Shown piece after piece: positions 1-10,750 of a stretch of DNA of 64,000 nucleotides. Under the pieces are notes generated by a model, which did not search any database, was not told the origin of the DNA, and saw nothing but the letters and a program-made list of their open reading frames with translations. The stretch is from Hydrolagus colliei (taxonomy: Eukaryota): NCBI GenBank assembly GCA_035084275.1, contig CM068742.1, positions 100,812,001 to 100,876,000 on the forward strand, written 5' to 3'. The translations under genes and the position numbers were made by a program. Position 1 is the first letter of the stretch; each line of letters starts with the position of its first letter.

Positions 1-160
1 TGGAGGGCTTTGAAGATGAGGATCTTAAACTCAATCCTCTGGTGGATGGAGAGCCAGTGAGGCCAGACAAAGGTAGGGGTGATCAGCTAATGATCACTGC
101 ACAGTTCTGAATAATCTGCACCTTGTGGAGAGAATAGTTGGGAAGTCTAGCAAGCAGGGA
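1..160 (-). mobile_element. L2 LINE ORF2 C-terminal fragment
   Basis: gaggatcttaaactcaatcctctg...ggagagccagtg matches the L2 segment at 62660-62720. Confidence 0.75.
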
Positions 161-814
161 GCAGTAACGCGTACTTCAGCATGGCACCCATTATCTTGGA
201 TACCCAGGTATTGCACAACTTATTGCAAAATGTGTACTGTGCAGAGAGAATATCCAAGCCAGATTTTCACTCACAGGCTAAAAGCATCCTTTAAATGAAA
301 CACCTGTAAATTGAGTGACAATTTAACATAATTAGGACTTCTAGATAGTATGGGAAGTACTTGGTTAGTGATTGTAAAACATTTCCAACTTTTAAAGGGT
401 ATGAAATACAGTAATAGAAACAACCTTTTAACCCGATTAAAATTTCAAATGCTCATGTCACTAGTAATTAACGAGTGGGTTGGATGGCGGCCTGTGATGC
501 TTTAAAAAGATTTATGGGAACGAGACTGTTTACTTGTTCTTTCTGTCCGTTATGTATTGGAAGTGACATTCTTAAACAAAGCTGCCTTTCTGGTCCAGTG
601 GACCAATTAACAGCACTCATAATTGTCATCCCACGACTCTACAACTTTTAGCTAGCTCTCATCACTGCTCCATATTACTGGGGGCTGTGATCTTCACTGA
701 CATCCACTTAAAAATACAGTGCTGTGGAGGCAGATTTCAGCCAAATCACTGAACTTCAGCCAATCTACTGAGTCTGGGAACATTTCAGTTGGAGACATTT
801 TTGACTCAAGTTTT

Positions 815-1009
815 ATGGATTTAAAAAAAATTAGCAGCGGCTGTCATGAGTCTTTGATTTATAAAAATGTGTTTGTTCGAGCAACCTATTTGGTATTTAA
901 TTTTAAAAAACGTTTTGCGTTTTGTCCATCCTTTGCAGAGATCCTTTCTGCTTTCAGCGAGATGTTTACGATTCCACTTTGCTATTTAAATGAAGATGAG
1001 AGTGTTAAG
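815..1009 (+). CDS. Candidate alternative first coding exon of TRPM3 (MDLKKISSG...EDESVK, 65 aa)
   Basis: In-frame ATG at 815 within ORF 719..1036; donor AAG|gtatca at 1009 in phase 0, matching the phase-0 acceptor at 39326. No homology recognised. Confidence 0.35.
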
Positions 1010-1563
1010 GTATCATGGCGCAAAAATGTAATTTAAAGATTCCTGCTGCATTTTAGCAATTCGTATAAGGTAGATCCCCATTGTATGATGTGCTTTGAGA
1101 AAAAATTGATGAGGTTTCCTGGCCCCAACATATCATGGAAAGATCGTTATTTCTAGCTATCAGTCCACAATTTTTTGTCTGAAATTCTTTGAGATGTTTT
1201 CACATTGCAAGGCTTTATATCAAATGCAAATGCATTGGTATTTATTTTTCATGCTTCTTAATTTGGTAATTCTGTTGAAGGCATTGCAAATCTGATAATT
1301 GCAGTACTTTGAATTTCCAATGGGACTATTTAAGAATTGCCACAACCCCCTCAAAGATTCACAAGAGTCTAGGGAAGTTGGTGATCGATCGGTAATGTGT
1401 TTTCAATATTTCCTTGATTGAGTATTTCTTGAGTTGTGGCATCAATCAAGAAAATTTGTATTGTCAGCCTACCATAAAGGTTGGCCACAAATTGTCTAAA
1501 CCATCAGGCTTAGTGTTGGAGAAACAGGTTTGCTCGAATGATGCACCCATCATTCAATCTTTA

Positions 1564-1785
1564 GAAACAGAAATAGAAGTTGCTGGAAAAACTCAGCAGG
1601 TCAGGCAGCATCCATGGAGAAAGGAAAGTGAGTCAACATTTCGGGTCCTCGACCCTTAGTTCTGATGAAGGGTCGTGGACCCGAAATGTTGATGCACTTT
1701 CCTTTCTCCATGGATGCTGCCTGACCTGCTGAGTTTTCCCAGCAACTTCTGTTTCTGTTTCAGATTTGCAGCATCTGTAGTAAGT
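1564..1785. mobile_element. Penelope-like element terminal fragments arranged as a ~94-bp-arm palindrome, with a hammerhead-like core
   Basis: Arms 1564-1657 and 1668-1761 are reverse complements with few mismatches; CTGATGA-A-GGGTC-gtg-GACCC-GAAA at 1662-1686. The family assignment is from recall. Confidence 0.72.
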
Positions 1786-2533
1786 TGTTTGTGATCCAAT
1801 CTTTAGATCCTAGTATGTAATTCATCATTACCCTTTAAACACTGTTATAATGTTCTTTTGATTGATTCAATTTGTGAAGCAGCTAAAGAATACCTTTATT
1901 TTCTAAACTGCAACAACTGAAATTATATATGATTGTGTTTTAATTGTTGGAGAAGCCCTTGGAAAATGTGTTCTTTATCACCAAAGACGTTTAAGGTTGA
2001 TGCACTCCATTTTCAAACTGCACAACCTGTAGAGTTTGGATTCAGGAGCAGCTGTAGATCACAAGCAAGCTGGAGAAGTCTGAGCATTGAAGAGTCTCTG
2101 TGAGGTCTGTGGTTGGTGAGTGTGAGAGCAGCTAAGCCGATGGGGTGAGAGAGAATGGACCAAAAATAATAAGGAATCGAGGAGTGGGTTAAAAGTTGCA
2201 GATCAAAGGAGGATAGGCTGGGGCCTATTCTGTTCCATTTGCCAAATACAGACAATATTTTAATATGCTCCTGAGGGGAAAGAATGAAAGAGAATGTATA
2301 TTAAATAGCAGAGGGAAAAATCTATATAAGACGTTGTGATGAGAGAGATAACAGCAGAGTCGGGGCAGTTTCTATAATGAGATGTTTCAACCTTTCATCA
2401 CAACGACTGGAAGATTGAGTGAAGAAAAACGAAAGAGGTTTCATATAAATGAAACAAAAGCAAAATGAGTGCACAAAGGAAGTGAATCTAAAAATAAGAG
2501 AGAATGATGATAGACCAGAGTAATGAGCCCCAA

Positions 2534-3697
2534 ATTATACTTGTATAGTGCCTTTCACATCAGGAGGACGTCCCAAGGCGCTGGACAGGCACTGCTTCAG
2601 ACCCGAGCTGAGGACTCATGGACGGACGGGAGGGAGGGAAGGGGGGCATTAGGAGTTGGGAACGGGGAGGGTGGTGGGAAAGGGGGGATTTGGGGTGACT
2701 GATGGGACCATCAAAGAGGAAGGTCTTGAAGCGGGTCTTGAAGGAGGCCAGGGAGGGGGCAAGGTGAGGGACTGCGGAATGGAGTTCCAGAGGTTGGGGG
2801 CAGAGTGGCTCACCAATGTTGGGTCAGGTGGTTTGGTGGACGTGGAACAGGCAGGAGCTTGCTGAGCGAAGGGGGTAGGCAGATTCGTAGGAGACAGAGG
2901 TCCCCCTGATTGGCTCGCGCCAGCGACTCCGCACCTCAGGCACTGGCAACATCAGCATCCAAGGCTGTACTCTCCATCTCTCAAAGCCAGTCAGGAATCA
3001 GGGCATCTTGTTTGACCCTGAACTGGGTCGACTACGGGAACTCTTTCCTCATCGGCCTTCCCAGCTCCTCCCTTCATAAGCTGCAGATTATTCAGAACTC
3101 TGCAGCTCATATACTCTCCCGTACTAGGCTCCGCGACCAAACCACTCCCACCCTCGCCCTTCTCCAATGGCTTCCCATCCCCCAGAGGATCAAATTCAAG
3201 ATCCTGGTCCTCACCTTCAAGGCCTTTCACGGCCTTGCTCCCGCCTATCTATCCAACCTGCTGTCTCCCTATCAGTCTGCCCGTCCCCTCCGTTCAGTGG
3301 GCCCTGGCCTGCTCCATTTCCCCATCTAAACCGCCCTATAATCAGTGGCCGGGCTTTCAGCCTCTCTGCCCCCACACTCTGGAACTCCATCCCGCAATCC
3401 CTTTGCCTCGCTTCCTCCCTTTCCTCCTTCAAGGTCGGTCTCAAGACCTTCCTCTTGGACCATGCCTTCTGCTGCCCTCCTAACTCTCCCTACTTTCCTA
3501 CTCTCCTTCACCCCGCCCCTACCCTGACCTTTCCCCCCCACTCGGGTACCGACCTAACTGTTCAGCACGTTCACGTCCTCCCAACATGAAAGGCGCTCTA
3601 TAAATGTAATTTTGTTGTTGTTGTAGGAGGTAGCAGATGTAGGGTGGGGCGAGGCCATGGATGGCTTTGATGTGAGGACCAGGATCTTGAATTGGAG
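2534..3697 (-). mobile_element. L2 3' fragment (host), interrupted by a nested opposite-strand L2
   Basis: L2 tail motif tatagtgcctttcacat..ggacgtcccaaggcgct; the sequence before 2893 resumes at 3630. Confidence 0.8.
2894..3622 (+). mobile_element. L2 3' fragment with (TTG)n tail and 7-bp TSD gtaggag
   Basis: ORF 2910..3329 contains DYGNSFLIGLP...WLPIPQRIKFKILVLTFKA; TSD at 2887-2893 and 3623-3629. Confidence 0.9.
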
Positions 3698-3968
3698 TAA
3701 TAAATTATTAATAAGTGATAAGCAGCCTTGTCATTCACATTGGGACAATTCCACCTCCTAAACCACTACTTCCTATATCCCTTGTCATGCATTTTGTTTA
3801 TTGCACCGACTCTGTTCCTACCCTAGCAAATCTATTCCTTTGGTTGTAGTTAATTGCTCTGCAGGTTAGATAATAAGTAACAACAGTAATCATTCACATA
3901 GTTATCTTTAGAGAATTTATAAAGTACTGTATGATGTTTTTCAATTTTTGGATCAATCAAGATGGATT

Positions 3969-4413
3969 CAACACAACAACAACTTGCACTTATATAGCGC
4001 CCTTCACGTCTTGTAGAGTCTCAGAGTACATAACAGTGGTGGAGCCTGACTTCAAATCGGGGGGGATTGGGGGGAGGTGGCGATAAGCACGGTCGAAGAG
4101 GAAGGTTTTCAAGCAGGACTTAAAAATGGAGAGAGAGGGGGCAAGGCAGAGGCATTGAGGGAGAGTATTCCAGAGTTTGGGGGTGTAGTGGCTAAAATTT
4201 GCTCCGATAGTGGAGCAAATGGTGTGAGGGACGAGCAGGAGACCAATGCCAGTCAAAAGGAGGTGCCAGTTTGTGGATTGGGTAGTGAGGAGGTCTGAGA
4301 GGTAGGGAGGTGCCAGAGAGTGGATGAGTTTGAACACGAGTGTGAGGATCTTGAAGTTGATGTGTTCAGTGATGGAGAATCATTGGAGCCTGGCCAGAAC
4401 TGGTGAGATGTGG
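3969..4413 (-). mobile_element. L2 3' fragment
   Basis: (CAA)n tail; ORF 3990..4337 contains LAPPYLSDLL...PKLWNTLP...LKTFLF. Confidence 0.85.
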
Positions 4414-5335
4414 TTTTCACTGGTCTTTTCTGGTCTGGTAGGTTTCTGCTTGAATTTTCTTCAATACTGTAGTTATTTGCTTCCTCCTCTCTCTTTACGT
4501 TCTCCCTATATCTCTCTCTCGCTCTCTCATCATTTCCGTTGTGGATGAATCATGATGTCCTCTCTTTCACAACATTCAATATCACTTCCAAACCCAAAGG
4601 ATAGACAGGTCTTTGCCAACATGAGTGAACAGCCAGATCCAACTGGTGCCAGATTGTCATAGGTTCATTCAGATTCCAATCTCCTTTCCTTCCTGTGGTG
4701 AAAGCCCTCACATCTCTCACCACTTCTGATCCTGCCATCATGTGGCCCAATATGCTGGCCATGTGATCTACATGTTTTCTCTTCAGTGAGGTGAGGTCAA
4801 GTCCTTGTCTTTGACTTTACCTTCAGCCACCCTCCCACTCCGAGCTCCCCTACCCTCCACCCTTCCTGATTCCAACACCAGCTCAGATCCAAACCCTTAA
4901 ATATACAGCGCCTCGTGACATCCTTCCAATGTGAAAGTTGCTATAAAATTAGTTGTGAGTTGACCCTTGAAAGAGGAGGGAGCAAGCAAGGCATTGGGAT
5001 TGTGGGACGGAGTTCCAAAGCGTGGGTGTAGAGAGACTGAAACCCCGGCTGCCGATGGAAGGGCGGGTCGGGTGGGAGACATGAAGCAGGCCGGAGCCTA
5101 AGACAGAATGATTCAACAGGCTAAGACTAATTGAGCTGTGGGTCAGCAGCTCTGTTAGAGTCAACATGACACTGTGGTTCCTCTCCCTCTGAGTTGCAAA
5201 GCAGCTGGTCTGCTAATTAAAGCAATTTGTCGAAGATAGCATGAACCAATTAGTTATCAGAGAAATTAAGGTTTGGAAGATTCATCACTAGCGCAAGTAG
5301 CTCATGTGTTATGTTATGTAACTATTTTTTCAACT

Positions 5336-5604
5336 GGAGTCCTGTAGCTCAGTGGATAGAGCACTCGCCTTACAAAGTGAGAGACCTGGGTTCAATTCCA
5401 GACAGAGTGAAACCTTGGTTAGGTTTCCTTATTTCATATGCCTAATAATAATCCCTCAAAAAAAATGGTAATTTCAATCCACGACTGTGGGACACTGCTG
5501 TGTGCAATTGGCTGCCGTGTTTCACCCACAGACATGCAGTTGATTCATTTTACAAGAAGTCAAAAGTGATATATCAAATGCAAGGATTATTATTATTAAT
5601 TATT
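5336..5604 (+). mobile_element. tRNA-headed SINE with Deu-like central domain and L2-like (ATT)n tail
   Basis: A box tagctcagtgg, B box ggttcaattcc, body tgtgggacactgctgtgtgcaattggctgcc, tail caaatgcaaggattattatt; multicopy in the window. Confidence 0.85.
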
Positions 5605-5868
5605 GCTGAGGAATTATAATAAGGAGCTGTGGGCAAGGGAATACCTTGTGGCAGTAACTGCAGCAGTTTTGAAAGTGAGGTTCAATATGTGGCAATTTCC
5701 GAGAGAATTACTCAATAAGGAAACTGGAAGTGAGTCAGGTCCATTTGTGGAGCTCCACTATGAGACACTCGCACAGCAGTGGCATATTCATAGAATCATA
5801 GAATTTTACGGCACAAAAGGAGGCCATTCGGCCCATCTAGTCTGTGCTGGCTCTTTGAAAAGAGCGAT

Positions 5869-7581
5869 TCAATCCCACTGCCCTGCCCGCTCCCCATAGC
5901 CTAATAGACCCGTTCTCCCTAAATAAAGATCTAATTCCCTTTTAAAAGTTGTTATCGAATCAGCCTCCACCACCTTTTCAGGCAATGCATTCCAGATTCG
6001 AACAACTCGCTGAGTGAAAAAATTTCTCCTCAGCTCCCCTCTACTGCGCCTTGAAACTATTTTAAATCTGTGACCACGAGTCACAGATTCACCCACGAGT
6101 GGAAATAGTTTTTCTCTATTTGCCCTGTCGAAACCCCTCATGATCTTATAAACCTCTATTAGGTCTCCCCTCAATCTTCTCTGCTCCAGAAAGAATAACC
6201 CTAGCCTATCTAGCCTCTCCTCATAGCTGAAGTCCCTCAATCCTGGCACCATCCTAGTAAATCTTCGTTGTACCCTTTCCAATGCCTTCACATCCTTTCT
6301 GTAGTGTGGTGACCAGAATTGAACACAGTATTCCAGCTGAGGCCTCACCAAAGTCCTATAGAGGTTAGTCAGCACTTCCTGACTTTTGTACTCTATACCC
6401 CTATTTATAAAGCCTAGTATCCCATATGCCTTCTTAACAGCCTTGTCTACCTGTCCTGCCACCTTCAACGAGTCACTAACACAAATCCCCAGGTCTCTCT
6501 GTTCCTTCACACCATTTAAAATTGTACTATCTAGCCTATATTGCCTCCCTTCATTTCTTCTCCCAAAATGCATCACCTCACACTTCTCTGCATTAAACTT
6601 CATCTGCCATGTGTCTGCCCACTTTACCAATTTGTCTATATCCTCTTGCAGATGGCTACTATCCTCCTCACTGTTTACTATTCTCCCTAACTTAGTGTCA
6701 TCTGCAAACTTGGAAACTGTACTCCGTACACCCAAGTCCAGATCATTGATGTAGATTACAAACAGCAATGGTCCCAAAACCGATCCCTGTGGCACACCAC
6801 TGTTCACTTCCCTCCAATCTGAAAAACAGCCGCTCACTACAACTCTCTGCTTTCTGTCTCGCAGCCAGTTGTGGATCCACGCTGCCACTGTCCCTTTTAC
6901 GCCATGGGCCTTTAATTTCATAATAAGTCTCTCATGTGGCACTTTGTCAAATGCCTTTTGAAAGTCCATGTAAACTACATCAACTGCGCTACCATTATCC
7001 ACCCATTCCGTTACCTCATCAAAAAATTCTATCAGATTTGTAAGGCAAGATTTGCCTTTAACAAATCCATGTTGACTGTCCTTTATTAGCCTATATCTTT
7101 CTAAGTGAAGATCTACCTTGTCCCTGATTATGGACTCTAGAAGTTTGCCCACTACCGACGTTAGACTGACTGGTCTGTAGTTACCAGGCTTGTCCTTCTG
7201 CCCCTTTTTATACAAGGGAGTAACATTAGCTATCCTCCAGTCCTCTGGCACGACCCCTGTGTCCAAGGAAGATTGAAAGATCGTGGCCAGAGTCCCTGCT
7301 ATTTGCTCCCGTGCCTCACTTAGTAACCTAGGGTGCATCCCATCCGGACCAGGTGACTTATCCACCTTGAGCGACGTCAACCTTTTTAGCACTTCCTCTC
7401 TGGTTATAATTATTCTATCCATTTCTCCTACCCTCTCCTCTAATACCATGGCATTGGCTGTATCATTTTCTTTTGTGAAGACAGAGGCGAAGTACTCATT
7501 CAGTACATCAGCCATGCCCTCTGCCTCCACAATGAGATTTCCTCCTAGGTCCCTAATTGGCCCCACCCTCTCCTTGACCAA
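5869..7581 (-). pseudogene. CR1 ORF2 C-terminal part: reverse transcriptase
   Basis: Motifs [53 protein letters not shown]. Confidence 0.93.
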
Positions 7582-7591
7582 CCTTTTACTC

Positions 7592-8656
7592 TTAATATGT
7601 TGGTAAAAAAACCTTAGGGTTCCCCTTAATCTTACTCGCTAATTGTTTTTCATGCGGTCTCTTTGCCCCTCTAACTTCCTTTTTTAGTTCTATCCTACAC
7701 TTCCTATATTCTGCTTTGTTCCCTTCTGAATTTTGAGCCTGACACTTATCATAAGCCTCTTTTTTTTGTTTTATTTTGGCCCCGATTTCCTTAGTCATCC
7801 AGGGAGGTTTGGATGCCTTACATTGCACCTTTGTGGGGATGCTTTTGACCTGTGCCTGAACTATCTCCTCTTTGAACGCTGCCCACTGCTCATTAGTTGT
7901 CTTACCTGCCAATTTTTCTTTCCAATCCACCTTGGCTAGGTCCCACCTCAACTCATTGAAATTAGCCCTTTTCCAGTTGAGTGTCCTCACCTGTGATCGT
8001 TCCTTATCCCTTTCCATAATTATTCTGAATCTAACGATATTGTGGTCACTATTCCCTAGATGCTCACCTACAGAAACCTGTTGAACTTGCCCTACCTCAT
8101 TTCCCAAAACTAGATCCAGCAATGCTTCTTTCCTCGTTGGACTGGAAACATACTGATCAAGAAAGTTGTCCTGCACACACTTCAGGAATTCTTCTCCCTC
8201 CTTGCCCTTTACTCTACTATTCTGCCAGTCTATGTTGGGATAGTTGAAGTCACCCATTATCACTACTCTATTAGTTCTGCATTTCTCCGTGATACGCTTG
8301 CAGATCTGCTTGTCTATCTCCTCCCCACTATTTGGTGGTCTATAGTATACCCCTAACAGTGTAACTGCACCTTTTTTATTCCTCATTTCTAACCAGATAG
8401 ATTCGGTTTTTAGTCCTTCTTCCACCTCGTTCCTTTCTAAGGCAGTCACTGAGTCCTTAACTAAAATTGCCACCCCGCCCCCTTTTCTCCCTTCTCTATC
8501 CCTCCTGAATACATTATAACCAGGAATGTTCAACTCCCATTCCTGCCCATGCTGGAGCCAAGTCTCTGTTACTGCTATAACATCATATCGCCTCGCAGCA
8601 ATCTGAGCCTGCAGCTCACCAATTTTATTTCTCAAACTTCGTGCATTTACATACAT
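7592..8656 (-). pseudogene. CR1 ORF2 N-terminal part: APE endonuclease domain
   Basis: Motifs YVNARSL, VTETWL, GGGVA, YRPPN, GDFNYP, LDLVL, SDHN; the frame breaks near 7605. Confidence 0.92.
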
Positions 8657-9924
8657 GCACTCTAAGGCACAAATTACTTCCTCTGCATTTTTCTCCCGTC
8701 TTACCTTTACCCCTGTCCTCTTTATTACCCCTCCCGTATTTGAACTACTGATCAGTTTCCCACCCTCACCCCCCGGGATTAGTTTAAAGCCCCCCCCACA
8801 AAACTCGACAACCTCCCTGCAAGGAGATTGGTTCCAGCCCTGTTCAGGTGTAACCCATCCATTTTGTACAGGTTCGTCATGACATTCACGGCCAGGAGAT
8901 CACATCATTTGTGGTGTTTGTAAAAATGGTGAGAAGCACCAATTATTACTTTAAAAAGCTGTCAAAATGGATTAATAAAGATTTACAAAGAATGTACAGC
9001 ATGGAAAGAGGTCTCTCAACCCAACCGGTCCATAACGGTGTTTATACTTCAGTCAGCGAGTTCCACAATCGTCTATCTCACTATCTCTATTTCTCACTAA
9101 CTCTGTTCCGCACTATCTCTGTTCCTCCTAAAATCTCTTTTAGATCTCTTTGTCGCTATCTTATATGCTATTTATGCTACAATTACATTGTCAAACGTAT
9201 AGAAAAATGTGAGGAGAGAAGGGACTAGAAGAGTATGAGAGCGAGGATGGCTATGAAGAGCTGACTTGCCAGGTTTTTTTTTCCTACTCTGGTGATTTTG
9301 AAAAGTCTTGACCACCCCCACGAACTCTCTGCCCCTCTCAGTTCCCACTACTCTGGCCCACTGAGAGGTTCAGATTAGCATCTCCCACACTCCAGAACAA
9401 TATTCCCAATTATTGCCTGCCATCCAAGTACTGCATGCAGCGGCACCAGGAATCTCCCCATAATTTTTTCAGAATCGATTGATCATCTTTTTTCCATTGG
9501 GAGAGTTAAAACGTGAGGAAGGAACCAACCTAAAGGGTCAATCTGTTTTTTTCTTGTTCCATACACTCCTAGATGAGCAGCCAGTGATAGCTTGTGCATG
9601 TGCACAGTTTGGAACACAATTCTATGTCCTTCCAACCAGATGGCTTTTGTAGATTGATCAATCAAAACAGCAATCATCTGCTACATTTCTGTGTGCAGAA
9701 CATTTTATTTGTTTAAAACCATTAATTTGCCGAGAGAGAGAAAGTATCTGCTTCTTGTGTTGTGTTTTGATGAAAATTAGGCAAAAGAAATCCACGGATT
9801 GTGCCGTTTGCCATCTTATGAATGAATAACAAACGGAATGAATTTGCTGTGCAAATCCTTACACCAAGTGGCACGAGAGCCCACATGTCTGAGGATAATC
9901 TGTATGCGGTTCATTAATCAATAC

Positions 9925-10750
9925 TAGGGTCCGTCGATATGGAAATTTTCCGATTTAGATATATCGATGGGCTCATATCAAGACATACCGAAATATCGAT
10001 ATTTCTGGGGTTTTCGTACTGCGCATGTGCGCGTAGCGTGCGCATTTGGGGTGCGCACGTGTTCCGGGTGTGCGTGCGTTCCAGGTGTGCGCGCATTCAG
10101 GGCCTATCTACTCAGGAGGTAAATATATTTCTCTCTCTGTGTCTCTCACTCTCTCCATCTCTGTGTTTTTCTGTCTGTTGTCTCTGTGTCTCTCTCACAT
10201 CCCTCCATCTCTATCTATCTGTATATTATCACATCCACCCCGTCTCTCCCCCCACCCCCCCTCACCGTCTCTCTCCCCACCCACCCACCCCAGCCATCTG
10301 TCTCTCCCTCCCCCCCCCCCCCCCCCCGCCGTCCCTCTCCCCCCCTCCCCCCCCAGCCATCTCTTTCCCCCTCCCCCCCAGCCGTCTCTCTCTCCTCACC
10401 CCCCCAGCCGTCTCTCTCCCCCCCACCGCCCCCAGCAGCCGTCTCTCTCCCCCGCCCCACCCATCTCTCTTCCCCCCCCCCCAGCCGTCTCTCCCCCCAC
10501 CACCCCTTGCATACCTGTATATTGTATTCGAGGACTATGAATACAATATGGCGGCTTTGCACCTCGGTCTGTGCATTGTGTATAGAGATGAGCATTCTGG
10601 GTCTTGTAGTTCAGTGTGCGTGCATTCCGATTTTTTACCTCGATATATCGATTTTTCGATATATCAATATTTTTAAAATGCCTATATCGGCGTATCGATA
10701 TGAAAATTATATCGGGTTTTAGCGATATATCGATATATCGCCGGACCCTA
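9925..10750. mobile_element. Non-autonomous hAT DNA transposon (826 bp)
   Basis: TIRs tagggtccgtcgatat / atatcgccggacccta (15 of 16 match); perfect 8-bp TSD atcaatac at 9917-9924 and 10751-10758; repeated subterminal CGATAT/ATATCG motifs; no transposase ORF. Confidence 0.92.
10235..10507. repeat. C-rich minisatellite (unit about cccccagccgtctctctcccc) inside the hAT element
   Basis: About ten degenerate units visible; explains the spurious proline-rich and glycine-rich ORFs. Confidence 0.88.

Larger units (their letters stand above)
5789..8875 (-). mobile_element. CR1 LINE, 5'-truncated: end of ORF1, nearly intact ORF2 and (ATTCTATG)2 tail
   Basis: Minus-strand read gives LYKMDGLHLNRAG (SGNH-esterase-type ORF1 end), then endonuclease and RT ORFs; catagaatcatagaat tail at 5789. 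Confidence 0.95.
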
